A DNA stretch of 64,000 bases from assembly GCA_963804645.1 (NCBI GenBank), contig CAWDRG010000013.1, positions 1 to 64,000 of the forward strand, read 5' to 3'. Under the pieces are notes generated by a model. The model did no database searches. It was not told the origin of the DNA and was given only the letters and a program-made list of their open reading frames with translations. Both the position numbers and the translations under genes were made by a program. The stretch's first letter is position 1; every line of letters begins with the position of its first letter. The stretch comes from an uncultured Bacillota bacterium (GTDB taxonomy: Bacteria > Sysuimicrobiota > Sysuimicrobiia > Sysuimicrobiales > Segetimicrobiaceae). Of the stretch, positions 19,839 through 29,187 are shown piece by piece.

Positions 19839-20730
19839 TGGTCTCCCCTCGCTGATCGTGAGCCGCGGATCTGCGCTTCGCGTTCACCACCGCCGCTCCC
19901 GCGAGTCCGGCCAGTGCCGCGTAGAAGCCCACCCCGTACACGATGGTCGGCGGGGGGGACCCCGCTATCCCGGTCAGGACTGGGACGCCTAAACGCATCG
20001 CGACCGCCACCAGGACGACCGCGGTGGCGCCGATGCCGGCCAGCAGCGCCAACAAGCTAGTCGAAGTGCGCGTCATGGTCATCACAGTCCCAAGCACGCT
20101 GGACCCGAACGCCGCACACGCCCACAGCGAAACGCCGGGAACCCTGAACAGTCCCAACATCGTCTCCGCTCCCGTCGCCACCGCTACCGTGCGTCCGAAC
20201 TCCGTGAGATCCAGAAACGTCGCGAAGAACCCCGCCCCCGCGACCGCGAACATCGCCAGTGAGAGACATCGTGCCCAAACATCCTTCCACACGCTTGGCG
20301 CCCCGTTCAGCATGGCGGCAAAGGCGAACGCGGCCGGTACGACGTACGCGCCCGATCCGAGCACCTCCCCTCGCCACGCAGCCGCCCGAATCAGCATCTC
20401 GAACACCGCGAATGCGGCGACACCGAAGCCCCCGAGCCACGCCACAACTTCACTCGGAGCCGTGAGTGTGAGCACGAACCCGGCCACACTCGTTCCAAAG
20501 GCCACCGCCCCCGCGATCGGCCATACCGAAACAAGTGGGTTACCGGTCATCGTGCCGATCGGCGAATGCAGTATGCTACCGGTCATCCATTGGAACGCGC
20601 TTGCACGTTCCGTCGTCACGTAGCCATAGCCGGCAGGGTCATTTGTCAGGAGGAGAAAGAAACCTGCGGTCGCAACGGCAAAAGCGCTAAGGGACCAAAC
20701 GCGTCTGCGGGTGTCCGGCGGTATATTCAG
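19822..20730 (-). CDS. Paralogous membrane protein with 2 repeats, probable non-canonical CTG start
   Basis: Same repeat unit. The frame stays open upstream of 20619 (WSLSAFAVATAGFFL). GGGAG lies 6 nt before the CTG at 20730. Confidence 0.6.
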   Translation of the reverse strand: MNIPPDTRRRVWSLSAFAVATAGFFLLLTNDPAGYGYVTTERASAFQWMTGSILHSPIGTMTGNPLVSVWPIAGAVAFGTSVAGFVLTLTAPSEVVAWLGGFGVAAFAVFEMLIRAAAWRGEVLGSGAYVVPAAFAFAAMLNGAPSVWKDVWARCLSLAMFAVAGAGFFATFLDLTEFGRTVAVATGAETMLGLFRVPGVSLWACAAFGSSVLGTVMTMTRTSTSLLALLAGIGATAVVLVAVAMRLGVPVLTGIAGSPPPTIVYGVGFYAALAGLAGAAVVNAKRRSAAHDQRGETIERTP

Positions 20731-21009
20731 ATGGGACTCCCGGATGAAGCATGGGTGAAGTTCGATGCTTGGGACCGGAGGTTTCGTTATCTGTTCCTGA
20801 ATACCTGCTGTTGAAGAAATCCATCTGACTCTCTAGCAGTCGGACGGTCGGATCCCGGGGAAGACGCTCCACGGCGTTCACATCCTAATACCCCACGCGG
20901 CGCTACGGATCGCCAAAATCGGCGAGCGCTTGGCGCGTCCATGGGTTCGCATGGGTCCACACTGATCGAACTCCGGCTGTTAGTCCAGGCTGAACGGGCC
21001 GTCGGTACC

Positions 21010-21288
21010 TTAGCGAGCAACTACCCAAACGACACCCGACAACAGTAACGTTGCGACTTGGAGGGTGATCACCACCCCAAACGCACCCGGTCTGGCTTCT
21101 CGTCGAATCCAAGGTTTCCAGCCATTAAGAAGGGCGGTTCCAGTAGCGACTTCATAAATCACAGTTGCGAGCAACACCGACCAGAAGAGAGGGAACATCA
21201 GCACAGGCTGAATCAGGACGGTTCCAGTAGCCGCTTGATAAAGCACAGCGGCGAGCAACCCAGACCAGAGGAGAAGGAAAATCACCAT
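21010..21288 (-). CDS. Small membrane protein with an 84-nt tandem duplication
   Basis: LLWSGLLAAVLYQAATGT and LFWSVLLATVIYEVATGT. Confidence 0.6.
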   Translation of the reverse strand: MVIFLLLWSGLLAAVLYQAATGTVLIQPVLMFPLFWSVLLATVIYEVATGTALLNGWKPWIRREARPGAFGVVITLQVATLLLSGVVWVVAR

Positions 21289-21439
21289 ACGCTCGGCCCC
21301 CCGAACCCCGCTCCCTGGAATTAGCGTATCGCGGATTCTTCACGGTGTGCTGCCGCCATCTGCACCACGCGATTCGATTTGGGCAGACCGCCGGTCCGAG
21401 GCGGGGTCGCCGGCCCCGCATCGTCGTTCCCATACGGCG

Positions 21440-22351
21440 CTACTTCAGCAGATCGATGACCTGCTGGGTCACATCCCGGCCCCCGAGGAGAGTATTCCGC
21501 TAGACGACGATCAGGCCCAGCCCTTCCCTCCGCGCCACCTGCCCGGCGACTTGGCGCAGCAGCGAATTGAATTTGGTCGTGAGATTGAAGCTCATGTGAC
21601 TGAGGTCGTCGGCATAGCTTGCGCGCCGGGCGTTGAGTTCAGCTGGGCTGACCTGGCCTTGTAACGCGCTCAACTCGGCCGCCACTTGCGTCTCGCAATC
21701 GTTGAGCTGCTTCTCATACTGGAGGGCCTTGACGCTCTCGTTCATCACCCGCTGAGAGTCCACCACCCCCACGCTCGGCCGGCCTCCATTAAGTGGGGCG
21801 GACGCCGCGAACGCCAGAAGCGCCCACATTCGGCCAATACCGATTGGTGATCGGGCCGCTTCGCCCCCGTCGGGCGAGGCAAGCACCTTGATCACGGAGT
21901 CGGTCAGATCCACGCCGCCATACAGGACGGCGTTCCACTGGAGGACAACGCCGATGTCCTGCCGGGCTGCGACCTCCCGCAGGGCCGCGCGGACGTCGTT
22001 GACAAGTCCGCCGTACAGTTGGGCGCGTTTGGCGGTGATCGTTCGATTCACCTGTCTTGCCAGGTCATGGCTCTGGATGGGCGTCATGGTGTTCATCCGG
22101 GTCCGTGCGTCTGCGAGTTGCGCCTGGGCGTAGGTGCGCAGAGCCGCCTCCACGCTGGGGTACTTCGGGTGCCCGGCAAGGGCCCGCTGCATGTCGACCC
22201 ACCCGATCGGCGTCGATTGCGTGCCCAGCACGGACCCCACCCATCGGATCGTGAAGAACCCGCCGACCACAAGGACGGTCAGCGCCATCGCCGTGCCGAT
22301 TCGCCGCGCGCGTCGTGGTGTCATGCGCGGCGTACCATACCTCCCGTCCAA
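21440..22351 (-). CDS. Two-domain OmpH/Skp chaperone with a premature TAG at 21500-21502
   Basis: IGWVDMQR...VLYGGVDLTDSVI and VGVVDSQRV...IVV*RNTLLGGRDVTQQVIDLLK*. Confidence 0.75.
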
Positions 22352-22384
22352 TCTGTCGTGCGCCCGCGCGATACCCGCCCTAGC

Positions 22385-22915
22385 CTATACCGGCGCCAGC
22401 GGCCGGTGGGGAGCCGACGGTAGCTCGACGCGAATCGGGTCGCCGGGCTGGACCTCGCCCCCGACCAGGACGATCCCCATGATGCCGGCCTTCCGGATGA
22501 GCCCGCCGTGCTCGTCGCGTCCCAGGGTCGCTGCCATCAGGCCCGGCCGGATCTGGTCCAGCTGGGTGCAAGGATTGCGCAGGCCGGTCACCTCGACGAT
22601 CGCGGCCGCGCCCAAGTGTAGCCGCGTGCCGGCCGGGAGCCCGAGGAGATCGACGCCGCGCGTCGTGATATTCTCGCCCATCTCCCCGACCGAGACGGGT
22701 AGCCCGCCGGCCCGCAGCTCGTCGTGCAGCTCCGCGTGGATCAGGTGCACTTGACGCAGGTTCGGCTGGCTCGGGTCGCGCCGCACGCGCGAACGGTGCT
22801 TGACCGTCGCGCCCGAATGCGCGTCCCCTTCCACGCCGAGCCCGGCGATCAGGCGGATGCGGTCGTGCGTCGGTTTGGTGAGCGTGTGCTGTCCGCTGCG
22901 GCTCACCGCGGTCAC
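22385..22915 (-). CDS. MOSC domain protein
   Basis: GVEGDAH, RQVHLI, GENITT, TGLRNPC. Confidence 0.9.
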   Translation of the reverse strand: MTAVSRSGQHTLTKPTHDRIRLIAGLGVEGDAHSGATVKHRSRVRRDPSQPNLRQVHLIHAELHDELRAGGLPVSVGEMGENITTRGVDLLGLPAGTRLHLGAAAIVEVTGLRNPCTQLDQIRPGLMAATLGRDEHGGLIRKAGIMGIVLVGGEVQPGDPIRVELPSAPHRPLAPV

Positions 22916-23050
22916 GACGCCGTGGAGATTCGACCCCTGGGGGTTCGCCGATTGAGCGCTCGTGATCTACCTGCCCCCTGTCTGCCACGCGCCGACTCGA
23001 TCCGAGCCGGACTCCGGCTCCATCACCGCGCGCGGCGTGCGCGACACCGG

Positions 23051-23482
23051 CTAGAAGACCTTGCACAAGACGCTTGTCACCCGTCCTACCGGGCGGTGCG
23101 TCTTGCTGTCGCCCCAATACACCTTAAACTCGTGGAAACCGGGGCCCAGCCTGGGCATCTCGTATTGGTACTGATTCTGTCCGACCTGCTCGAGCTGGGA
23201 AAGCGTCGGCATCACGAAGGTACTGTCCACCCCAATGTGCAGGTAAATCGCCGGTTGGGTCGGGTCCGTGTTCGCGTCACCCGAGCCTGCCGTCATCTTA
23301 CTGAGGTCGGCCGGTGTCTCGAAGATCACGAGCACGGGGTTGTTCACGGTGCCGTGATCAGGAGGCTGGTCGATAGTAAGGGGTGGAAGCGCCGGCGTGG
23401 GGGCCGCGGAGACGCCCGCAAGTCCGACCGCCAGCCCCATCACCAGCGCCACCAAGGCCATCGACACGACGCGCGTGCTCAT
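23051..23482 (-). CDS. Small secreted hypothetical protein
   Basis: GGAGGT RBS, signal peptide, HIGVD and GFHEFKVYW. Confidence 0.65.
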   Translation of the reverse strand: MSTRVVSMALVALVMGLAVGLAGVSAAPTPALPPLTIDQPPDHGTVNNPVLVIFETPADLSKMTAGSGDANTDPTQPAIYLHIGVDSTFVMPTLSQLEQVGQNQYQYEMPRLGPGFHEFKVYWGDSKTHRPVGRVTSVLCKVF

Positions 23483-23658
23483 CTACCACCTCCGACGCTC
23501 GCCGCGGCAAGACGGCATGTCATTCACGATAACACCGCGCGGCGTTCCTCCGCAATGTCACGAATCAACTCACCTAAAATCTTACTATGAGCCGCATCGT
23601 CAAATCACGAAGGATCTTACCGGGCGCGCCGTCCCAGTCTATCGCCCCGGAGGCCCCG

Positions 23659-24954
23659 GTGACCCCTGCCGCTCGTCGCGAATACGTCCGCGCCGTTCGC
23701 CCACGCTACACGCTTGCGCCGCGCAAACACCGGCGCGCGATCCTGGACGAATTCTGTGCCACGACCGGGTACCATCGCAAATACGCGATCACGGTGCTAA
23801 ACGGCCCGTTGCCCACACCGGCCCCCCCACGCCGTCGGCAGCCCGTCTATGCCGAGCAGACGGTCACCGTGCTCGCGGCGATTTGGGAGGCCGCGGGATA
23901 CCCCTGGTCCGCACGGCTCCAGGCGCTGCTGCCGCTCTGGTTGCCCTGGGCCCGCCGTCATTTCACCATCCCGCGGGCGGTGCTGCGTGCGCTCCCCAAG
24001 ATGAGTCCCAGTACGATCGACCGGCGCCTGCGCAGTCGGAAGCGCCAGATCCGCCGTCGGCTCTACGGCCGCACCAAGCCTGGCACGTTGCTCAAGAGCC
24101 ATATCCCCGTCCGCACCGAGCACTGGGACGTCACGGCCCCCGGCTTCGTGGAAGTCGACTTGGTCTCCCATTCCGGCAACTCGGCCGTGGGGGACTTCCT
24201 CCAATCGCTCAACCTGACGGACATCCAGACGGGGTGGGTGGAGTCTCGGGCCCTCCTGAGCAAGACGCAGCGCGGCGTGCAGCGGGCGCTCGCGGAGCTG
24301 CGGGCGGCGCTGCCCTTTGCGCTCCGCGGCCTCGATTCCGACAATGGCTCGGAGTTCATCAACACGGTGTTGTGGGAGTATTGCCGAGGGTCGAAGATCG
24401 AGTTCACCCGCAGCCGGCCCTACAAGAAAAACGACAACGCCCACGTGGAGCAGAAAAACTGGACCCACGTGCGCAAGCTGTTGGGCTGGGACCGCTACGA
24501 CTCCGCCGAGGCGCTCACGGCGATCAACGACCTCTACCGCCACGAACTGCGCCTGATGATGAACCTCTTTCAGCCGTCGGTCAAGCTGGTCGGCAAGACG
24601 CGGGTCGGCGCCAAGGTCCACCGGACCTACGATCGCGCGCAAACGCCCGTGGATCGGCTCCTCGCCTCCAAACAGGGCGATCCGCGACAACTCCGGACCT
24701 TAGCGCGCCTGCGGGCCAAGATCGATCCCTTCGCCTTGGGGGCCGCCATCGATCGCAAGCTCGAGCGCATCTATCAGCTGGCCAACCGGCGTCACAGTCC
24801 CCGCGCCAGCACCCCAGAGGCCAGCCCGGTCGACGCGCGGTTCCAGCCGCGCGCGCACCACTGGAACAACGACTGGTTGTTTGCCAAGCGACAGGATCGT
24901 CGCGCCACCGCCGGTTCCGCGGTACTCGCCACGGCAAACGCGCCGGTGTCATGA
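23659..24954 (+). CDS. Integrase-core (rve-like) DDE transposase
   Basis: GGAGG RBS with GTG. EVDLVSH, DSDNGSEF, RSRPYKKND, HVEQKN. Confidence 0.85.
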   Translation: MTPAARREYVRAVRPRYTLAPRKHRRAILDEFCATTGYHRKYAITVLNGPLPTPAPPRRRQPVYAEQTVTVLAAIWEAAGYPWSARLQALLPLWLPWARRHFTIPRAVLRALPKMSPSTIDRRLRSRKRQIRRRLYGRTKPGTLLKSHIPVRTEHWDVTAPGFVEVDLVSHSGNSAVGDFLQSLNLTDIQTGWVESRALLSKTQRGVQRALAELRAALPFALRGLDSDNGSEFINTVLWEYCRGSKIEFTRSRPYKKNDNAHVEQKNWTHVRKLLGWDRYDSAEALTAINDLYRHELRLMMNLFQPSVKLVGKTRVGAKVHRTYDRAQTPVDRLLASKQGDPRQLRTLARLRAKIDPFALGAAIDRKLERIYQLANRRHSPRASTPEASPVDARFQPRAHHWNNDWLFAKRQDRRATAGSAVLATANAPVS

Positions 24955-25428
24955 TCGGTGCCCACGTTGACGAACCCGGCGTTGCGGCCGATGTCGTAAA
25001 TCCCGTAGGGATACGCGCGCGGCACGGCGGGCCCGGGAAAGTCGTGGGTCTGCACGTGAATGGGCTGCTTGGCGGGCCGCCAGCGCTGACCGGCATTGTG
25101 GTAGCGGCCGAGCAGTTCTTTCTTCTTGGTGTCCACGGAAATCACGGGCCAGCCGTGCGCCAAGGACTTCTTCACCGCGGCGTTGATGAACCGAAACTGC
25201 GCATCGCGGTCGGGATGGTCCGTGCCCTCCTCGGTCTTGCGCGTTCCCTGCAGGCTATAGTCCAGCTCGTGCAGCAGCTGCGCGACCTTCATATGGCTCA
25301 CCAAGTGGTGGTGCCGGCCCAGTGCTTGGGCAATGGCCCGCGTACTCTGGCAGATCCAGCGCAGGGGCGACTCTGGATCGCCTCGCGTTTGCCCCTCAAT
25401 CATCGCCTCCAAGGCCGGTACGAGGCGC
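24922..25428 (-). pseudogene. Internal fragment of an ISAzo13-family transposase
   Basis: GDPESPLRW, HPDRDAQF, ISVDTKKKE, HDFP, YGIYD, DHDT. Confidence 0.85.
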
Positions 25429-25508
25429 GTAAGAACTTAAATGACCTGACGATACCCTCTCCGGTAAGGTTCTTTAATGACTTGACACGTGTCACCGCAC
25501 GCGGCGGC

Positions 25509-26507
25509 TCACCCGCCGTCGGGCCGCGCCTCCACCACCCTCGCGTGGATGAGACCCTCGGGCGTTCGGGTCTCGACTTCCACCTCCGCCACGACGGCCG
25601 GCTTGACCCAGTGGGGCGCGGGCCCGGTTAGCGGAGCGCCGTGTGCGTCCGCCAGCGCCGGCTTCGGCACAAAGGGACAGGTCTTCCGCCCGAGCGCCTT
25701 GAGGAGCGGCTCGAGATCGTGGCGCACCTCGTCCGACTCAACGTCCGCGAGCCCCGCGTACCGGAGCCGGCGGTCGGTGTCGAACCGTCCTACGATCAGC
25801 CGCTCGAGCCGGCGGCGCGGCCCGCGCAGGAAGCCGCCAACCACCAACTCCTCGCGCGGACGCGCCGGAATCTTGATCCAGTCGGGCGAGCGCGCGCCGG
25901 GCTGGTACGCGCTGCCCCGACGCTTGGCCACCACGCCCGGGAGTCCGAGACGAACCGACTGGCGAAACAGCACGCGTCCGTCCACACCCTCGAGCGGATC
26001 GGTGATCCGCACGCCCTCCCCATCGACCGCCGGCTTGAGCGCCCGCAGCGCATCGCGTCGAAACTCGAGCGGGCGCTCCAACAGCGTGTGGCCGTGGACG
26101 TAGAGACAATCGAACGCCATGTACACGAGCGGGACGCCGGCGACGGACGGCCGCGACCCGAGCGCGACGCGTGGGACGTCGGCGTTCGGCATCCCGCGGG
26201 CGTCGAGCGCCACCACCTCTCCATCAAGGATCAGCGACGCTGGACACCCGCGGCACGCCCGCGCGATCGTGGGGAGGGACGCGGTCACGTCGCGCCGGTC
26301 CTGGTCCCACAACCGCACCCGGCCGTCGCGGACCTCCGCGAGCACGCGGCGCCCGTCCCACCCCGGCTCGTAGAGCCAGTCCGGGCTGTTGAACGCGTGA
26401 CGGCCGAGCGTGGCGACCATCGGCCGAAGCGCCGAGGGAAACGGGTCCTCCCCGTGGGCGCCCAGCCCGAGGCGGGACAGCGCGCGGGCCAGCGTGAGCA
26501 GCAGCAT
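25509..26507 (-). CDS. LigD/LigC-like ATP-dependent ligase domain with degenerate catalytic motifs
   Basis: EPGWDG, ILDGEVV, AFDCL, PGVVAK, WIKIP and a C-terminal OB fold (HWVKP..V.EV). Confidence 0.8.
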   Translation of the reverse strand: MLLLTLARALSRLGLGAHGEDPFPSALRPMVATLGRHAFNSPDWLYEPGWDGRRVLAEVRDGRVRLWDQDRRDVTASLPTIARACRGCPASLILDGEVVALDARGMPNADVPRVALGSRPSVAGVPLVYMAFDCLYVHGHTLLERPLEFRRDALRALKPAVDGEGVRITDPLEGVDGRVLFRQSVRLGLPGVVAKRRGSAYQPGARSPDWIKIPARPREELVVGGFLRGPRRRLERLIVGRFDTDRRLRYAGLADVESDEVRHDLEPLLKALGRKTCPFVPKPALADAHGAPLTGPAPHWVKPAVVAEVEVETRTPEGLIHARVVEARPDGG

Positions 26508-26633
26508 GCCGAAGAGGATTCACGCGCGGCACCCTCCGGGCCTGCCTCGGGCCCGACAGGGAGCCGTTCCCCGCGGCGCCGAAGAGTGGCACCGAGGCGG
26601 CGCGGACCGCCGGCTCGGCAAGGGAGGCGGACG

Positions 26634-27392
26634 ATGGAACGTCCCGGTGTGTTCCTGGAAGCCCTTACGTGGGACGAAGCGGCGCCGCTACTCGCCGGCG
26701 ACCCGCTCGTTGTGCTGCCCATCGGCGCGGCGGCAAAAGAGCACGGGCCGCACCTGCCCCTCGGGACCGACCGCCTGCTCGCGGACTATCTCGCGGCGCG
26801 GCTCGCCGAGCGGGTGCGCGCCGTCATCCTCCCCACCCTCACCTACGGCTACTATCCGGCGTTCACCGAGTTTCCCGGCAGCACCCACCTGGAGGCCGAG
26901 ACGTTCGGGGCGGTGGTCCGCGACATTCTGCTGTCCGTGCACCGGCACGGACCGCGGCGCTTTCTCATCCTCAACACCGGGATCTCGACGACCCCCGTGC
27001 TGGACGTCGTCGCGCGCGATCTCAACCGGCTACATGGCCTGTTCGTCGGCGTGACGCGCATCGAGGACCTCGGCGCCCGGGACATCGAGGGGCTGCTCAC
27101 GCAGCCGGCGGGGAGCCACGCCGACGAGTACGAGACATCGCTGATGCTGGTCGTCGCCCCCGACGCGGTGCGGTCCGACCGCCTGGTCCGCGAGATCGGG
27201 GAGCGCCCCCGCGTCCGCGGGCTGATCGCGCCCGAGGCATTCCGCCGCGCCCCGGGGCCGGGGCACTCCAAGACCGGCGTCTACGGGGACGCCACGCTCG
27301 CCACGCGCGACAAGGGGGAGCGGATCGCCGCGGCCCTCATGCGCGCCCTGGTCGAGGCGGCCGAGTACGTGCGCACGGCGCCGCTCGCGTGA
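26634..27392 (+). CDS. Creatininase-family protein (divergent motifs)
   Basis: EHGPHLPLGTD, FPGS, HADEYETS, GVYGD. Confidence 0.85.
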   Translation: MERPGVFLEALTWDEAAPLLAGDPLVVLPIGAAAKEHGPHLPLGTDRLLADYLAARLAERVRAVILPTLTYGYYPAFTEFPGSTHLEAETFGAVVRDILLSVHRHGPRRFLILNTGISTTPVLDVVARDLNRLHGLFVGVTRIEDLGARDIEGLLTQPAGSHADEYETSLMLVVAPDAVRSDRLVREIGERPRVRGLIAPEAFRRAPGPGHSKTGVYGDATLATRDKGERIAAALMRALVEAAEYVRTAPLA

Positions 27393-27407
27393 CCCGCCCG
27401 GCGCCGC

Positions 27408-28235
27408 TCACCCGTGCGGGATAGGTGCGGCCGGCCCGGTCGCGGCCCGCCACGCCCCAATGAACTCGACCATCGCGACGACGTAGGCGTCGAACAGCTC
27501 CTTCCCGCGTTCGACGGTGCCCTTCTTCGGATCCCCGTACGTGATGCAACCGTTCGACGAGATCTCGTGCACCGGCGGCAGGCCGAGGGTGATGTACCGC
27601 AAGAGCCCGGGATCGTCCCGCACCTGGCGCAGCAGCGCCTCGCGCCACGGGTCGAGCGTCATCGTCGGCTGCTCCAGGTGGGCGGACCGCACCAGGTGCG
27701 GCTGCTGGTACAGCATGCTCGACGTCTCGCCGATCCCGGCGTGGATGTCGAGCTTGTCGATCTCCGCGGTGAGATAGATCTTCCGGAGCTCCGCGATCCC
27801 GAACAGGAGGGCCGAGGCCTCGGTCTCCTTCGTGATCCGGTACGCGAGGTAGGCGAGCGCGGCCTCGTTCCCGCCGTGCCCGTTCGCGAGCAGGATCCGC
27901 CGGAACCCGTGGGACGCGAGCGACGCCGCGGATTCCATCACGACCCGCCCGAACGTCTCCTCCGACAGCGTGATCGTGCCGGGAAACTTCATGTGGTGGC
28001 TGGACAGCGCCGGGAACAGCACCGGCGCGCACAGCGCGTCGGCCTCGCGGGCGGCCGCCCGCGCCACCGCGATCACCCCGAGCGTGTCGGTCCCGATCGG
28101 CAGCGCGGGGCCGTGCTGTTCGATCGCGCCGAACGGGAGGATCGCGACGTCGGTGCGCCGCCGCAGCGCATCGACCTCCGGCCACGTGAGGTGGGGCAAA
28201 TAGTGCGCGTCCTTCTCTTCACGCAGTGTACACAT
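27408..28235 (-). CDS. Creatininase-family protein
   Basis: EQHGPALPIGTD, NGHGGN, HAGIGETS. Confidence 0.9.
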   Translation of the reverse strand: MCTLREEKDAHYLPHLTWPEVDALRRRTDVAILPFGAIEQHGPALPIGTDTLGVIAVARAAAREADALCAPVLFPALSSHHMKFPGTITLSEETFGRVVMESAASLASHGFRRILLANGHGGNEAALAYLAYRITKETEASALLFGIAELRKIYLTAEIDKLDIHAGIGETSSMLYQQPHLVRSAHLEQPTMTLDPWREALLRQVRDDPGLLRYITLGLPPVHEISSNGCITYGDPKKGTVERGKELFDAYVVAMVEFIGAWRAATGPAAPIPHG

Positions 28236-28238
28236 CGC

Positions 28239-29174
28239 TCACTCCCCCGTCCGTGTGCCCCGGTCCACCGGGGCAAACAGCGTGTTGAGGTCTTGGACCT
28301 CTCCGAGCAGCCCCTGCTCTCTCTGATAGCGCATCAACTGCGCGAGCGACCGCTGGTTGGCCGCGCCGAGGTCGTAGGGAAACGCGTCGCCGAACAGCCG
28401 CTCCTGGTCCTCGAGCGCGGCCCGGCCCCACACGAGGCCGGTCGCGTACGGCTGCCGGAGCGCGCGGGCGGCGAGCGCCTTCGCGCGCGCGAACGCGTCG
28501 TAGAGCTCCTGCGGCAGCGACGGCCGCCGGTCGACCGCCGAGCGGGCCAGCGCGACCACGTGCATGATCGGATACACGCCGGTGGTGACGTACAGGTCGC
28601 GCTCGACGGGCTCGAACGCGGGAAACAGCCGGGCGACCCTCCCGTCCTCAAACGCCTGCGGCACGTCCGGCGAGATCACCCCGTCGAGGGCGCCGCGGGC
28701 GAGCAGGTCCCACAGATCGGCCCCGGGGCGCTCCTCGACCGCGAGCGGAGACGCGTGCGGGACGATCTCGCGGCCCGCCCGGACCCACGTCACGGCGTCC
28801 ATCGGGACCCCGAGGTGGTGGTGCAGATCCCCGCGCGCCACCACCGACATCGTGAACTGGAGGCTGTACACACCGATCCGGCCGCCGTGCAGGTCCGAGG
28901 GTCGGGTGATGCCCCGGCGCACGTACACGCACGACGGACCGAACAGGCGCCGCGGGAACACCGGGACCGCGGTCAGCGCGGCACCCCGGGCGCGGGCCAG
29001 TACATACGACGACATCGACAGCTCGGCGGCGTCGTACGCGCCTTCGAGCAGCATCCGCTCGTGGCGGGGTCCCGAGCCGACGACCACGGTCGAGACGTCC
29101 GGCAGCGGCACGCGCCCGTCTAGCAGCGGCCGGGTCAGCTCGTACGCCTCGAGCGCGAGGGTGACCGTCATCAC
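28239..29174 (-). CDS. 4,5-dihydroxyphthalate decarboxylase-like PBP-fold protein
   Basis: YELTRPLLDG, AELSMSSY, PVFPRR.F, TGVYPIMHVV. Confidence 0.75.
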   Translation of the reverse strand: MMTVTLALEAYELTRPLLDGRVPLPDVSTVVVGSGPRHERMLLEGAYDAAELSMSSYVLARARGAALTAVPVFPRRLFGPSCVYVRRGITRPSDLHGGRIGVYSLQFTMSVVARGDLHHHLGVPMDAVTWVRAGREIVPHASPLAVEERPGADLWDLLARGALDGVISPDVPQAFEDGRVARLFPAFEPVERDLYVTTGVYPIMHVVALARSAVDRRPSLPQELYDAFARAKALAARALRQPYATGLVWGRAALEDQERLFGDAFPYDLGAANQRSLAQLMRYQREQGLLGEVQDLNTLFAPVDRGTRTGE

Positions 29175-29187
29175 AGCACCCCGGCGC

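Larger units (their letters stand above)
23561..25489 (+). mobile_element. IS with an integrase-like DDE transposase, paired subterminal inverted repeats and a 5-bp TSD (TGTCA)
   Basis: TGTCA at 23556-23560 and 25490-25494. Repeats at 23565-23585 and 23600-23620 are inverted relative to 25429-25449 and 25464-25485. Confidence 0.8.

Noticed and set aside
21500..21502. Amber recoding suggested by in-frame TAGs in ompH and the IS630 gene
   Set aside because: TAG correctly terminates lexA, the amidohydrolase and many other genes in the window.
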